This document shows positions 15,410 through 25,052 of a stretch of DNA of 27,442 nt, piece after piece (positions within the stretch are counted from its first letter, which is position 1; each line of letters starts with the position of its first letter). This DNA comes from a virus. Its lineage: Duplodnaviria > Caudoviricetes. The stretch spans positions 1 to 27,442 of the IMG/VR virus record IMGVR_UViG_3300043694_000009; one strand, given 5' to 3'. The translations under genes and the position numbers were made by a program. The notes under the pieces were generated by a model. That model made no database searches and was not told where the DNA came from. It saw only the letters and a list, made by a program, of their open reading frames with translations.

Positions 15410-15719
15410 GATCGTTGAGCGCAAGCTTGAGATTGGGCAGTGGAAGATCAACACCCAAGTCTATGGCTACGAGGTCGTTAACGTCACGCTGCGCGGTTTG
15501 CGCGACCGTCCCTTCCCGCTCACCCGTATCTCGCCCGAATCGTTTTTTACCCGCCACCCCAAGGGTCAGGACGGCAAGCCCATCGATCCGGAAATAGTTC
15601 TACGGGGAACGCCAGCGGTCTATACTGTGTCGCCGCCCTTGATCTTGCTGTGGCCTGCGCCGATGCACCAATGGACCTTGCAAGTGCGGCTGCGCAAGAA
15701 AATGAAAGAGGCGGGGTGA
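15393..15719 (+). CDS. Hypothetical protein resembling the beta-domain of phage adaptor proteins
   Basis: From ATG 15393 (AAGGA RBS); GTPAVYT...LLWPAP recalls the YPAVWS...IYVWPLP segment of the protein at 25740. Confidence 0.55.
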   Translation: MSEIDKIVERKLEIGQWKINTQVYGYEVVNVTLRGLRDRPFPLTRISPESFFTRHPKGQDGKPIDPEIVLRGTPAVYTVSPPLILLWPAPMHQWTLQVRLRKKMKEAG

Positions 15720-15949
15720 TGTCCAGAGAAACCAAGAACGAGGCGCAATATAAGGCGATGTCGGACAACTCGCAGCAGACTTGCGGGCTGTGTTCGATGT
15801 TCACCCGCTACAACCGCCACGATGGCGAATGCTCCAAGGTCGAGGGGGTGGTGGCGATAGAGGGCTGGTGCAATTATTTCGAGCGGCGCGATGAAGCCAG
15901 CGGCGAACCCGGTGCCGACATCAAGTTTGCCAAGGTCAAGCAGATTTGA
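15719..15949 (+). CDS. HiPIP-like four-cysteine iron-sulfur protein, no export signal
   Basis: K.EAQY...QTCGLCSMF...ECSKVEG.V..EGWCNYF matches HiPIP cysteine spacing and the GWC motif; TGATG coupling. Confidence 0.7.
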   Translation: MSRETKNEAQYKAMSDNSQQTCGLCSMFTRYNRHDGECSKVEGVVAIEGWCNYFERRDEASGEPGADIKFAKVKQI

Positions 15950-16143
15950 GTGCCCGCTATACCTTCGCAGTGTGCGTTAGCTGCGGGGTGCAATCGCCGC
16001 CCATTATCCTTGAGAACGATGGGCCGAAGGAAATATCGATCCCCCTAAGCGCAATGGGCTGGCGCTTCGACAAGCTGCGCTTCAACGTCCTCGCCACCTG
16101 TCCCAAATGCCTGTCGCTCAAGAAGGAAGCCGCCCATGCCTGA
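15946..16143 (+). CDS. Zinc-ribbon protein
   Basis: CVSC...GW...CPKC; overlapping start and stop. Confidence 0.65.
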   Translation: MSARYTFAVCVSCGVQSPPIILENDGPKEISIPLSAMGWRFDKLRFNVLATCPKCLSLKKEAAHA

Positions 16144-16336
16144 GCTTAAGGTCGAAGTCAAAAAGCACATTGCCCAACCCGTCGAGGGCAAATTCACGGT
16201 GTCCTTTGAGGTGGTGCTGACGATCCGCCCCATCGACAACGAGCAAGATGCAATGGGCTGGCACAACATGGTCAAGGATTGGATTGAGAAGTCGATAACA
16301 CTCGACAAGCCGATGGAAACGGTTGTTGCGCAATGA
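16136..16336 (+). CDS. Hypothetical protein
   Basis: 66 aa, AAGGA RBS, ATGA-coupled to terL. Confidence 0.65.
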   Translation: MPELKVEVKKHIAQPVEGKFTVSFEVVLTIRPIDNEQDAMGWHNMVKDWIEKSITLDKPMETVVAQ

Positions 16337-18192
16337 AAAAGGTCAAGTCGCCGGAATGGATGCAGTGCTTTCTCGAATTCCTTGGCGGCATGACCATCTC
16401 ATCCAAGGAACTTGACGCCGCCAAGCCGGTTCCTCTTCTCGACGTTCTCTATGCCGCCCAATACCGCTTTTTGCAGGAAATTGCCGATGGCCTCAGCAAT
16501 GGGGTGCGCGACTACAAGGTTCTCAAGTCCCGCCAGCTTGGAATTTCCACTATTTCGCTGGCTCTGGATGTGTTCTGGGCGTCGGTCCATGACCGGCTGC
16601 AAGGCGCAATCATCTGCGACACTGACGGCAATCGCGACAAATTCCGAATTCTGCTGGAGCAATATATCAATTCCCTTCCGCGAGGACTTCGCGTTTCCAT
16701 CAAGCAGCACAATCGCAACAATCTGGTCCTGATGAATGGTTCGGTCATCGATTACTTGGTTGCGGGTACAAGGGGCAAAAAAGGATCGCTTGGTACAAGT
16801 CGTGCGCTTAATTTCGTCCACGCCACGGAAGTCTCCAATTGGGGTTCGACCGAAGCCGACATCGCCAACCTCAAGGCTTCGTTAGCGCAGAAGCATCCTC
16901 ACCGGCTCTATATCTGGGAATCGACCGCGCGCGGCTACGGCAACGAGTGGTTCGATATGTGCAGCGGGGCTGAGGGCGATGACACGGTGCAAAAGCTGTT
17001 CTTTCTCGGCTGGTTCCTCAAGGAAGATTATTCGTTCCCGAAAGACTCAGCCGAATATCAACGCTGGTGGGACGGCTCCGAAACCGAAGAGGAAATCGAG
17101 ATCGCCGCTGCGGTCAAAGAGGAATCAAACTGGACGATCACGCCAGAACAGTGGGCATGGCATCGATACATGCGTTCTGTTGAAATCCTCGATCCCGATC
17201 TGATGCGGCAGAACTACCCGTCCACCTCGCACGAAGCCTTCATTATGACCGGGAAATCTTTTTTTCCGCTGCGCCGCGTCACCGCCAATGTGAGGTTCAT
17301 CCATGAGAACACCATCCCGCTCAAGGCGTATCGGTATCATATCGGACATCGATTCGATGCGACTGAGTTGGAGTTGGTTGACACAACCAAAGACGCGGAC
17401 CTTAGAATCTGGGAGGAACCACACCCTAACGGCGTTTACGTCATGGGTGTCGATACTGCCTACGGTCGTGAAGATAAAGACCGCCATGCGATTGAGATAT
17501 TCCGTTGCTACGCGGATCGCGTTGTTCAAGTGGCGGAATGGGCAACGGGAATCCCTGAGACTTATCAAGCGGCGTGGGTGATGGCGCACCTCGCAGGAGT
17601 GTATCGCAATGTTATTATCAATCTGGAAGTCAGTGGTCCCGGCTTCGCCGTTATGGACGAACTTCGCCATCTGCGACAATTACTCGACATGCGAATGCTT
17701 CCCGGTGTCTCAACGAATTCGGGCGACATGGAGAACATATTTTCTGCCGTTCGCTGGTTCCTCTACCATCGCCCTGACAGCATGGGGGCCGGTTACGTTT
17801 ACAACTGGAAAACAAACCAGGACAACAAGCTGCAAATAATGAACGAGTTGCGGGATACCTATGCGGTCAACCACCTCGACCTTTTCTCGGTCCCGCTTCT
17901 GGAAGAGATGGAACGGGTGGTGCAGGAAGGCTCTGAAATTCGCGCGGAAGGCCGCGCCCATGATGATCGTGTGTTTGCTTCTGCTCTGGCAATTCATGCG
18001 TGGATTACATGGGTCCGCGCCGGGATGATCTCGACCAACCAGACCTATGAGAAAGTGGTCGAAGAGGAACGCCTGTCGAAAGAATCGCCAGTGGTTAATC
18101 TGATTGGCCGGGTGGTGCAGGATTTCTTTGTCAAAGCCGAGGAAGCTCGCAACGAGCGCGAGGAATTGGCAGCGTGGAAACTAGAGGTGTAA
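16333..18192 (+). CDS. terL: Terminase large subunit
   Basis: Walker A LKSRQLGIST, Walker B FVHATE, motif III ESTARG, nuclease residues GVD and HDDRV; 619 aa. Confidence 0.95.
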   Translation: MKKVKSPEWMQCFLEFLGGMTISSKELDAAKPVPLLDVLYAAQYRFLQEIADGLSNGVRDYKVLKSRQLGISTISLALDVFWASVHDRLQGAIICDTDGNRDKFRILLEQYINSLPRGLRVSIKQHNRNNLVLMNGSVIDYLVAGTRGKKGSLGTSRALNFVHATEVSNWGSTEADIANLKASLAQKHPHRLYIWESTARGYGNEWFDMCSGAEGDDTVQKLFFLGWFLKEDYSFPKDSAEYQRWWDGSETEEEIEIAAAVKEESNWTITPEQWAWHRYMRSVEILDPDLMRQNYPSTSHEAFIMTGKSFFPLRRVTANVRFIHENTIPLKAYRYHIGHRFDATELELVDTTKDADLRIWEEPHPNGVYVMGVDTAYGREDKDRHAIEIFRCYADRVVQVAEWATGIPETYQAAWVMAHLAGVYRNVIINLEVSGPGFAVMDELRHLRQLLDMRMLPGVSTNSGDMENIFSAVRWFLYHRPDSMGAGYVYNWKTNQDNKLQIMNELRDTYAVNHLDLFSVPLLEEMERVVQEGSEIRAEGRAHDDRVFASALAIHAWITWVRAGMISTNQTYEKVVEEERLSKESPVVNLIGRVVQDFFVKAEEARNEREELAAWKLEV

Positions 18193-18387
18193 CGCTCCCG
18201 GCAGCATTCGTAAGAGCGGGATCAGCACGTAGAACAGGACGATGGCTACCACGGCAATCAACAAAACAACGTCGACTACTTGCTTGAGCCAAGCATCCAT
18301 CGGGATGAGGCCGATGATGAGTCGCACAGCCCAGAGCAAAAAGCCTGCTACAATCAGCGCAATAACAATCTGAATGAGAAGCGCCAT
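18181..18387 (-). CDS. Small two-TM membrane protein (Thivi_2564-like), antisense to the late operon
   Basis: Two hydrophobic helices joined by IPMD; fills the gap between terL and the next gene. Confidence 0.7.
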   Translation of the reverse strand: MALLIQIVIALIVAGFLLWAVRLIIGLIPMDAWLKQVVDVVLLIAVVAIVLFYVLIPLLRMLPGALHL

Positions 18388-18937
18388 GATCCGCAGAACC
18401 TATCAATGCGAAAACTGCGAGCAATACTTTACCATAGAATGTAACGCCGCAGACCCCGATCCGTTCTGCCCCAATCCGGATTGTGACAAGGTGCTGGATT
18501 GGCGACCGCAAAAATTGACTATTGGCGGGTCAATCGAGGCCAAAGCCGCCGACCAGACCTATCGGACGTTGGAAACCGATTATGGCCTGTCCAATTTCAA
18601 GGACAACGCGCAGGCAGGCGAATCAGGCATCATCCGAAGGCAGGAAACCAAGCAGGAAACCGAGCTTGTCGAGCGCGAATTCCGGGAGCAAATCAGCCAG
18701 ATGTCGCCGGAAAAGACCGCGCAATTCTGGGGTCAGAATGCCGGTGCGGCGACCGGGATGCAGTCCATGACCGGCAAAAGCCTGATCGAGATGGCGAAAG
18801 TCGGTCCGCAGGGGCAAAACCCGATGACGCAATTCCAAAACGCCGCCGTTAAGGCTAAGGTTTCGCGTGATCCACGCTCGATGATCTCCGAAGGCTATCG
18901 CGCCGACATGAGCAATCCCGCCCGGAAACGAGGATAG
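18386..18937 (+). CDS. FmdB-like zinc-ribbon protein between terminase and portal
   Basis: YQCENC...CPNPDC; start at 18386 or 18374. Confidence 0.75.
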   Translation: MIRRTYQCENCEQYFTIECNAADPDPFCPNPDCDKVLDWRPQKLTIGGSIEAKAADQTYRTLETDYGLSNFKDNAQAGESGIIRRQETKQETELVEREFREQISQMSPEKTAQFWGQNAGAATGMQSMTGKSLIEMAKVGPQGQNPMTQFQNAAVKAKVSRDPRSMISEGYRADMSNPARKRG

Positions 18938-20617
18938 GTGTCCTTAAAGCTTCCGCAAAAGAACATCGAGGATTGGGCACTCGAAATCATCGATGAGTGC
19001 CGCAACAGCGCGGAGCAACGCCGCGACCTGTTGAAAATGTATCGCTCCTACTACTATTGCGGCACCTCAAACGGCGATGTTGCGGTTTATAATCGCTGCT
19101 ATCCGCACATCGAACGCCTTGGGGCTTTTCTCTACTCGCCCACCGATGTCCGCTTTCACATCGAAACCGACCACTCCGAGGGCGAAGCGGTCGAGAATAT
19201 GTGCAACGCCTCTGCACGGCAGCTAAATAGAATTTTCCATCAGAAAAATCTCGATTTGTCCTTTGCCGCCGCCGTTTCTGGCGGCTTAATCGACGGCTGC
19301 AACATCCTTAAAGCGGTCTGGGGCTATGACGGACCCGAAGGCTGGTGCATCAGACCGCAGTTTTTTGGTGTTTTGCGCGAGGACATCGAGGATTTGGACC
19401 GGCAGGAAGCCTTTGTCCACTCGACTTACATGACGCCATCGGCTTTCGAGCGGACAATCTCAGAACATCCGGATCGAAAGAAGATCATGGATGAGGTGCA
19501 GTCCACTGCTGGCGACAAAGGCGAGCAAGATGAGTTTGAGGACGATTATTTTCATCAGATCATCGTCGGCGGAACGCAGCCTGTCTCGATGACCACCTCT
19601 TCCGGCTCCGGAATGGTGGGGATTGTGGGTGTGCCCACCCCGGTACTCGACGCCAAGGTGGCGACCTCGCTGATTCGCCTCGATGAATTGTGGGTGCAGG
19701 ACCGGGAGCGGCAGGACTACACCACGATCCGCATGGTCAAACCGAAAATCTGCATCGAGGGCAAGGAAAAGCGGAGAAATCTCTGCGGTTTGACCGATAC
19801 TCTGGGGCGACACGCGGAAATGAAGGGTTTTCACCCGTTCACCAAAGTCTCGCCCAACGAGGTGCAAGGCTATTTCTGGGGGATGTCCGAAATCGCTGCC
19901 ATTTATCGTTTACAGGACGATCTCAACGATCAAGTGCGGGCCTTGACGCGAATGCGCAAGCTCAAGGCCGACCCGCCGCGCTCCGCAGTCGGCTTTGCCG
20001 GTCTTAACCTGGAAAAATACAAGGCTTTCAATAGGCCGCGCGGGTTTGTTGCCGAGGAAAATCCAAACGCCAAGATGACCGATCATGCCCCGGACATTCC
20101 CCCGGAGTTCTTTACTTTGTTGGAGAAAAACCTGCAATTCTTTGATGATGTTGCCGGATTTACCCCGGTGATGCAGGGGCAGGGCGAGGCTGGAGTGCGC
20201 TCACAGCAACAAGCCGCACTCCTTGCTCGCAACTCTTCGCCCCGGATGAGAGACAGGGCTTTGCTGGTCGAGCGGCAATGCGCCGAGTGGGGCGAATTTA
20301 ATTTCCGGCTGATGCAAGCCAAAGACGCAGACGTAATGCGCGAGGGACAAAACGAGTTTACTCTGGCGCAGCTACCGGACGATGTGAAAGTGGTGGTTGA
20401 TTCGCATTCGTCCTCGCCGGTCTATCAGGAAGATAATTTGAAGCTCGCCTTCGGACTCGCTAAATCTGGTGCCATCGATGGTGCGGACCTCATCATGTTG
20501 ACGCACCCGCAGCATGAGGATATTTTACGAGCGCGGGCCAAAGCCAGAGAAGCCGCTCAGGCCAAGTTCTTACAAGAACATCCTGAGTTGGCGATGAAAG
20601 GCCGAGGCAAGAAGTAA
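18938..20617 (+). CDS. Portal protein (podovirus type)
   Basis: 559 aa in the terminase-portal-scaffold-capsid position; YNRCYPHI, HPF, YFWGMSEI..I..LQ..LN. Confidence 0.85.
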   Translation: MSLKLPQKNIEDWALEIIDECRNSAEQRRDLLKMYRSYYYCGTSNGDVAVYNRCYPHIERLGAFLYSPTDVRFHIETDHSEGEAVENMCNASARQLNRIFHQKNLDLSFAAAVSGGLIDGCNILKAVWGYDGPEGWCIRPQFFGVLREDIEDLDRQEAFVHSTYMTPSAFERTISEHPDRKKIMDEVQSTAGDKGEQDEFEDDYFHQIIVGGTQPVSMTTSSGSGMVGIVGVPTPVLDAKVATSLIRLDELWVQDRERQDYTTIRMVKPKICIEGKEKRRNLCGLTDTLGRHAEMKGFHPFTKVSPNEVQGYFWGMSEIAAIYRLQDDLNDQVRALTRMRKLKADPPRSAVGFAGLNLEKYKAFNRPRGFVAEENPNAKMTDHAPDIPPEFFTLLEKNLQFFDDVAGFTPVMQGQGEAGVRSQQQAALLARNSSPRMRDRALLVERQCAEWGEFNFRLMQAKDADVMREGQNEFTLAQLPDDVKVVVDSHSSSPVYQEDNLKLAFGLAKSGAIDGADLIMLTHPQHEDILRARAKAREAAQAKFLQEHPELAMKGRGKK

Positions 20618-20670
20618 ACCCTGCCGGTCGATTTGCTTTAGAGTCTCACCGGCCAAATTGGGAGATTGCT

Positions 20671-20709
20671 ATGACTCGCTATCGTCGGCGCAAACATCGT
20701 CGGAAGTAA
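20671..20709 (+). CDS. 12-aa Arg/Lys-rich protamine-like peptide MTRYRRRKHRRK
   Basis: GGGAG RBS just upstream of ATG; TAA ends 2 nt before the next ATG. Confidence 0.6.
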   Translation: MTRYRRRKHRRK

Positions 20710-20711
20710 AC

Positions 20712-21107
20712 ATGGCGATGATGCCTCCTTCACTGACGGGAACCCCACCGATGGGATCGTCACCGATCTCTGTGCCCGGTGGCTCTCCCGGTGCCAACGC
20801 TGATGCGTTGTCCTCAGTGGGGGAGGCATTAAACATGCTCAACAAGGCACTGCCGAATCTGCCGGTTGGCTCAGACATCCACAAAGCCATCATGTCGGCC
20901 ATTTCGGGAATTTCCAAATTCGCCCCGCCCTCTGGACAGCCTGCTGGCGTACAGCAAACAGCATTGCGCAATCTGATGCAGAACGCCTCTCGCAACGCGA
21001 TGCTGCAACAGGTCATGGGTTCGATGGGCGCGGGCGGCGCTTCATCGCAACCGGGTGGGGGTGCTGCCGCCGCTGGTGGTCCCCCACCCTCACCAATGGG
21101 AGCCTGA
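20712..21107 (+). CDS. Low-complexity Pro/Gly/Met-rich head morphogenesis protein
   Basis: 131 aa from ATG 20712, between portal and scaffold. Confidence 0.7.
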   Translation: MAMMPPSLTGTPPMGSSPISVPGGSPGANADALSSVGEALNMLNKALPNLPVGSDIHKAIMSAISGISKFAPPSGQPAGVQQTALRNLMQNASRNAMLQQVMGSMGAGGASSQPGGGAAAAGGPPPSPMGA

Positions 21108-21109
21108 CA

Positions 21110-21316
21110 ATGGCAAACAAGAATTTCCCCGGTCCGAATATCAATCGCTTGATTGAGAAGGACCCGCAGATCGTCAAGATCAACGTCGACTACACCGAAT
21201 GGGGTTCGCGCCCGTCGATCTTCAAGTTTATGAATTCCGATCCATCGGTGAACCCCGGTGATCCGGGTCAGCCTTCGGCCCCGGAAATGACTGTCAAGCA
21301 TATTGGCTCTAACTGA
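21110..21316 (+). CDS. Hypothetical protein in head module
   Basis: 68 aa, GGGAG RBS, TGATG-coupled to the next gene. Confidence 0.7.
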   Translation: MANKNFPGPNINRLIEKDPQIVKINVDYTEWGSRPSIFKFMNSDPSVNPGDPGQPSAPEMTVKHIGSN

Positions 21317-21858
21317 TGGTCGACATACCGGAGCAAGAACTACAGGTCTTGCGGGGCGCAAAGGCCCTTCACGACAAACTGCTGTCCGGGAAAACGCGGC
21401 AGCGGCAGGAAGCTCTCATCAAAGAGCTTTATCCGGACACGCCCACCCTCGATGACATTACGGAGCCAACCCGCAAAGAGGTCGCGGAGCTTCGCAAGGA
21501 ATTCAAGGACTACATCGAGGGCGAAAAGGGCCGCAAGCTCGATACCAAGCTTGAGGCCGATATTGCCTACCTCAAGGAAACCGAGGATTTCACTGACGAA
21601 GGCATCGACCGGCTGAAAAAGCTGATGATCGAGCGCGAAATCCCCTCGATCCGCGATGCCGCCGTGTTATGGAACCACGCACACCCGCCCAAACCGCAAG
21701 AGGTTTCGATCATGGCCCCGTCCGATTGGGGCATTGGCCGAAAGACCGAGGACCCGGACCTCAAGCTATTGTTTGAGGACGAGGATGCGTGGGCCGACAA
21801 GGAAGCCCGCAAGGCTTGGTCCGAGGAAACCGCTAAAAAAGGACAGATCATCACCTGA
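21316..21858 (+). CDS. Putative scaffolding protein
   Basis: Charged helical 180-aa protein immediately upstream of the capsid gene. Confidence 0.7.
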   Translation: MVDIPEQELQVLRGAKALHDKLLSGKTRQRQEALIKELYPDTPTLDDITEPTRKEVAELRKEFKDYIEGEKGRKLDTKLEADIAYLKETEDFTDEGIDRLKKLMIEREIPSIRDAAVLWNHAHPPKPQEVSIMAPSDWGIGRKTEDPDLKLLFEDEDAWADKEARKAWSEETAKKGQIIT

Positions 21859-21897
21859 GTTGGGGTCCGCCCTCCCCAAAGCTGAATAGGAGAGCAA

Positions 21898-22914
21898 ATG
21901 CCCCAATTAGGTGTAGGCATAGTGCCATCCGGCGCTATCGGGAACGAACTTGTCGCCACGACAAGACGCGCCTTCGTCCCCCGGCTTGTGGTTCAAATCT
22001 ATAAGGCAACGCCTTTGTTGAGCTTGCTCTTGCGCAACGCGCAGCGGGCCAAGGGAGGTGTGTCGCAAGTCACAATCCCGGTGCAGGGCGGCTCCTATGT
22101 CGCCTTCTCATGGTCTGACTATTCGGGCGTATTCCCGCAGCCCGCAGTCCAGACCGCAGCGCAAAACGCCGAATTCAACCTCAAGCTTGGCGTGGTGCCG
22201 ATTCCGTTCATGGGGATGGAAGCTCTCATCCAATCCTCTGAGGCGGTGATCCCGATCCTTAAAGCCCGGATGGCGGACGCCAAGACGGTGGCGGTGCAGG
22301 CAATCTCTTCGGCGCTGTTCACCAATAACGTCGCCCAACCCTCACAGGTCGACTCGTTGGCGCAGGCTTACGACGATTCGACCAACGTGGTGACTTATGG
22401 CGGTATCTCCAGAACCGCCGCAGGTAACCAATTCTGGAAATCGACGCTGATTACTTCGGCGGGCAACGTCCTTAGCCGCGTCAGCTTTATCCCGTATCTG
22501 GTCCAGACCACCTATCTGGCGGGCGGCGAGGCCCCGGATTTCGTGGTCATGTATCCGGGCGATTGGACCAAGCTGATGACCGATTTCATGTCATCGGAAA
22601 CCTTCTTTACCCGTCCGGGGTCGCGCTACGGCACCGATGACCCGATCAATGCCGGGTTCCGGGGCCTGATGTTGGGCGATACGCCCATTTTCATGGACCC
22701 GTTCTGTCCCAAGGGGACGGTCTACATCATCAACAGCCGCTACCTCGCCCTCTACATGAGCGAGGACGCGCCGTTCGCCTTCTCCGGGTTCTACTCGGCA
22801 ATCCCCAACTTGCAGATTGCCAATATCGGGGTGGTCATTGTGGCTTTTGATGTCTGCTGCTCGAAACCGATCAGCGGAATGCAAGTCACCGGCATTACGG
22901 GAGGGAGTTTCTAA
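21898..22914 (+). CDS. Major capsid protein
   Basis: 338 aa, AGGAG RBS, position; motifs TPLL.LL, YGGISR...FW, AGF.GLM....IF.D.FCP.G.VY.IN..YL typical of HK97-fold capsids. Confidence 0.9.
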   Translation: MPQLGVGIVPSGAIGNELVATTRRAFVPRLVVQIYKATPLLSLLLRNAQRAKGGVSQVTIPVQGGSYVAFSWSDYSGVFPQPAVQTAAQNAEFNLKLGVVPIPFMGMEALIQSSEAVIPILKARMADAKTVAVQAISSALFTNNVAQPSQVDSLAQAYDDSTNVVTYGGISRTAAGNQFWKSTLITSAGNVLSRVSFIPYLVQTTYLAGGEAPDFVVMYPGDWTKLMTDFMSSETFFTRPGSRYGTDDPINAGFRGLMLGDTPIFMDPFCPKGTVYIINSRYLALYMSEDAPFAFSGFYSAIPNLQIANIGVVIVAFDVCCSKPISGMQVTGITGGSF

Positions 22915-24134
22915 TGGCTATCCCCAGAATAGGCGGGACCGCTGGCGGTAATACCCCATCATTGGGGCTTCCGACCGGCCAAGGCTTGTTCAACAACGCC
23001 GCCGTGACCGGCTCCGCGCCGTTTGTCACCGGCAACGTCCTGGGCTTCTCCAACGTCATCTCATTGGCGGCTGGCGAGGTGTGGAACATTATTCCGGGGA
23101 CTTGGTGGATCAAAACCGGACCCTATACCTTCCTGCAATGGTTCGATCCCTTTGGCAATCAATGGAAAATCCGGCCCTGCGCCAAAGAGGATACGGTTTT
23201 TGTCGAATCGGACGGCTCTAACTGGCGGCTCGCCAACACAACCGGCTGCGCCATCGGCGCGGTCATCACCACAGGCGGGGCAACAAATCCTTACACGAAC
23301 GGCATTGGAACGGCGGCAACCGGCGTGACGGTAACTCCTTCCGCTGGTGCCTCAACGTGGGTGCCGGTGGTGGGTGGGGCGGTATCCTTGACGCTCGCAA
23401 CCGCTACCGGCACGACCACCGCAGGAACCGGCTACAACTTCCCGCCGATCTGCGTGATCGATGCGCCGCCGACAGGCGGCTTGCAGGCAACCGCCATCGT
23501 CACTGCGCTGTCGACCGGGACGGTGCCTGTCGCCAACGTGCAAATCCTCAACCAAGGGGCGGGCTATACCACTGCCCCGAAGCTGACCTTTATTCCGGAC
23601 CCAAGAGAAGCTTCGGCCACGGCTCCGGGGCCGTCCAACACCGCCGTTGTGGTTCTCACGTTGACGGCAACCGGACAGCTTACCGGCCTTTATCCATCGA
23701 ACCACGGCACTGCCCAGACTTCGGTGCCGACCTTGACGATCACGACAGCCACGACTACGGCGCAGGCGACGGTGGTGATGAATTTCACCGTCACCGGCCA
23801 AGGTGCCTACACCACTGGCGGATCGTCCATTGGCTCGCTCACGCTATTGTCGGTGTCCAATACCATCGCGGCCTCGACCAACTTCATCACCAACCCGCTG
23901 CATAACGGTGTCGGCCTGACCTTCCCGCGACCGGCCAGGATCGTGGCAACACTGTCATCGGGCGTGGCATCCTCGACAACGGGCACCACGATTGAAGATG
24001 GCGGCTTGGGCATCCAACAGGTGCCAAGCATGGTGCCGCTCTACTCGATCACCTCGACCACGGCGGTTGTCCCGCAGCCGGGAACGCCGACTGTTGGCGG
24101 CGTGTCCGATACAAGCTACATTCAGGCAGCGTAA
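22914..24134 (+). CDS. Thr/Gly/Ser-rich virion protein (decoration or fibre-like)
   Basis: 406 aa coupled to the capsid gene (TAATG), very few charged residues, GTGY..PP and NQGAGYTTAP modules. Confidence 0.75.
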   Translation: MAIPRIGGTAGGNTPSLGLPTGQGLFNNAAVTGSAPFVTGNVLGFSNVISLAAGEVWNIIPGTWWIKTGPYTFLQWFDPFGNQWKIRPCAKEDTVFVESDGSNWRLANTTGCAIGAVITTGGATNPYTNGIGTAATGVTVTPSAGASTWVPVVGGAVSLTLATATGTTTAGTGYNFPPICVIDAPPTGGLQATAIVTALSTGTVPVANVQILNQGAGYTTAPKLTFIPDPREASATAPGPSNTAVVVLTLTATGQLTGLYPSNHGTAQTSVPTLTITTATTTAQATVVMNFTVTGQGAYTTGGSSIGSLTLLSVSNTIAASTNFITNPLHNGVGLTFPRPARIVATLSSGVASSTTGTTIEDGGLGIQQVPSMVPLYSITSTTAVVPQPGTPTVGGVSDTSYIQAA

Positions 24135-24149
24135 CCCAAGGGGGTTTAC

Positions 24150-25052
24150 TTGCCTGAAAGCTTTATCCCAACGCCCGAAGAGTTGGCGCGGGCGAAAGAG
24201 GACGTTAAGGATTCGTTTCTCTTTGTGCCTGACGGCATGGGCGGCGAGAAGCCGATGGCTTTTGCCGTCCGCGCCAATACCGATGTCAAGCTGCGGGAAA
24301 AGCATGTCGCCATCAATATCGAGCGACCGCTGCCGCGCTTTCTAAGCCGTCCCGATCTAATGGTGCTGCGCGATGAGCCTATCGCCATTGTCGGCGGCGG
24401 GCCTTCGGCCAAGCACTATCTGGACGAAATCCGCAAATTCAAATGGGTCATGGCGGCAGGCTCCGCGCACGACTTTCTGATGGAGAACGGCATCACGCCG
24501 CACTTTGCGATCTCGACCGACTCCAAGGAAGAGACAAACGATTATTACAAGCATCTCAATCCGACCACCGAGTATCTTCTGGCCTCGACCTCGCCGCCAA
24601 GCTTCTTTGACCGCTTGGAGAAAGGGGGCTGCAAGACCTGGATTTGGCATTTCTACGAGCAAGTGGACCCGGAACACTATCGGGGCGAGGCGCAGTGCGG
24701 GTGGGGCTGCATGGTGGGGGTGGTCTGCATCCAGATGGCCTTGTGGCTTGGCTTCCAGCATCAGCACTATTTTGGCTACGACTGCTGCATCAGCCCGGAA
24801 GAGACACACGCCTATAAGGTTGCCGATTGGGAAACCAAGTTTATTCGGGACAATGTAACCGAGGCGATGATTGGCGACGAAAAAACCAAATATCTGACCA
24901 CCACCGCTTATATCGCCCAGACCACGCATTTCCTTGCTGTGTACCGTTCACCGGACGGCAATTACTTGCGCGGGACGGTCTATGGTAAGGGTATGCTTTG
25001 GGATGTGATCCGCCAAACACCGGGGATCGAAACATGGCTCAAAGCAGCTTAA
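24150..25052 (+). CDS. Maf/DUF115 (MAF_flag10, MptE-like) domain protein; putative nonulosonate glycosyltransferase
   Basis: PIAIVGGGPS, AAGSAHDFLMENGITPHFAISTD, GCMVG...MALWLGF....FGYDCC...HAY follow the Maf/DUF115 motif order; TTG start after GGGGG. Confidence 0.8.
   Translation: MPESFIPTPEELARAKEDVKDSFLFVPDGMGGEKPMAFAVRANTDVKLREKHVAINIERPLPRFLSRPDLMVLRDEPIAIVGGGPSAKHYLDEIRKFKWVMAAGSAHDFLMENGITPHFAISTDSKEETNDYYKHLNPTTEYLLASTSPPSFFDRLEKGGCKTWIWHFYEQVDPEHYRGEAQCGWGCMVGVVCIQMALWLGFQHQHYFGYDCCISPEETHAYKVADWETKFIRDNVTEAMIGDEKTKYLTTTAYIAQTTHFLAVYRSPDGNYLRGTVYGKGMLWDVIRQTPGIETWLKAA

Noticed and set aside
20669-21361. 230-aa minus-strand ORF
   Set aside because: Antisense shadow of coupled head genes.
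24150-25052. MptE pterin diphosphokinase (folate/methanopterin) annotation
   Set aside because: It shares the DUF115 domain, but no pterin genes are present while CMP-nonulosonate genes are. Disfavoured, not excluded.
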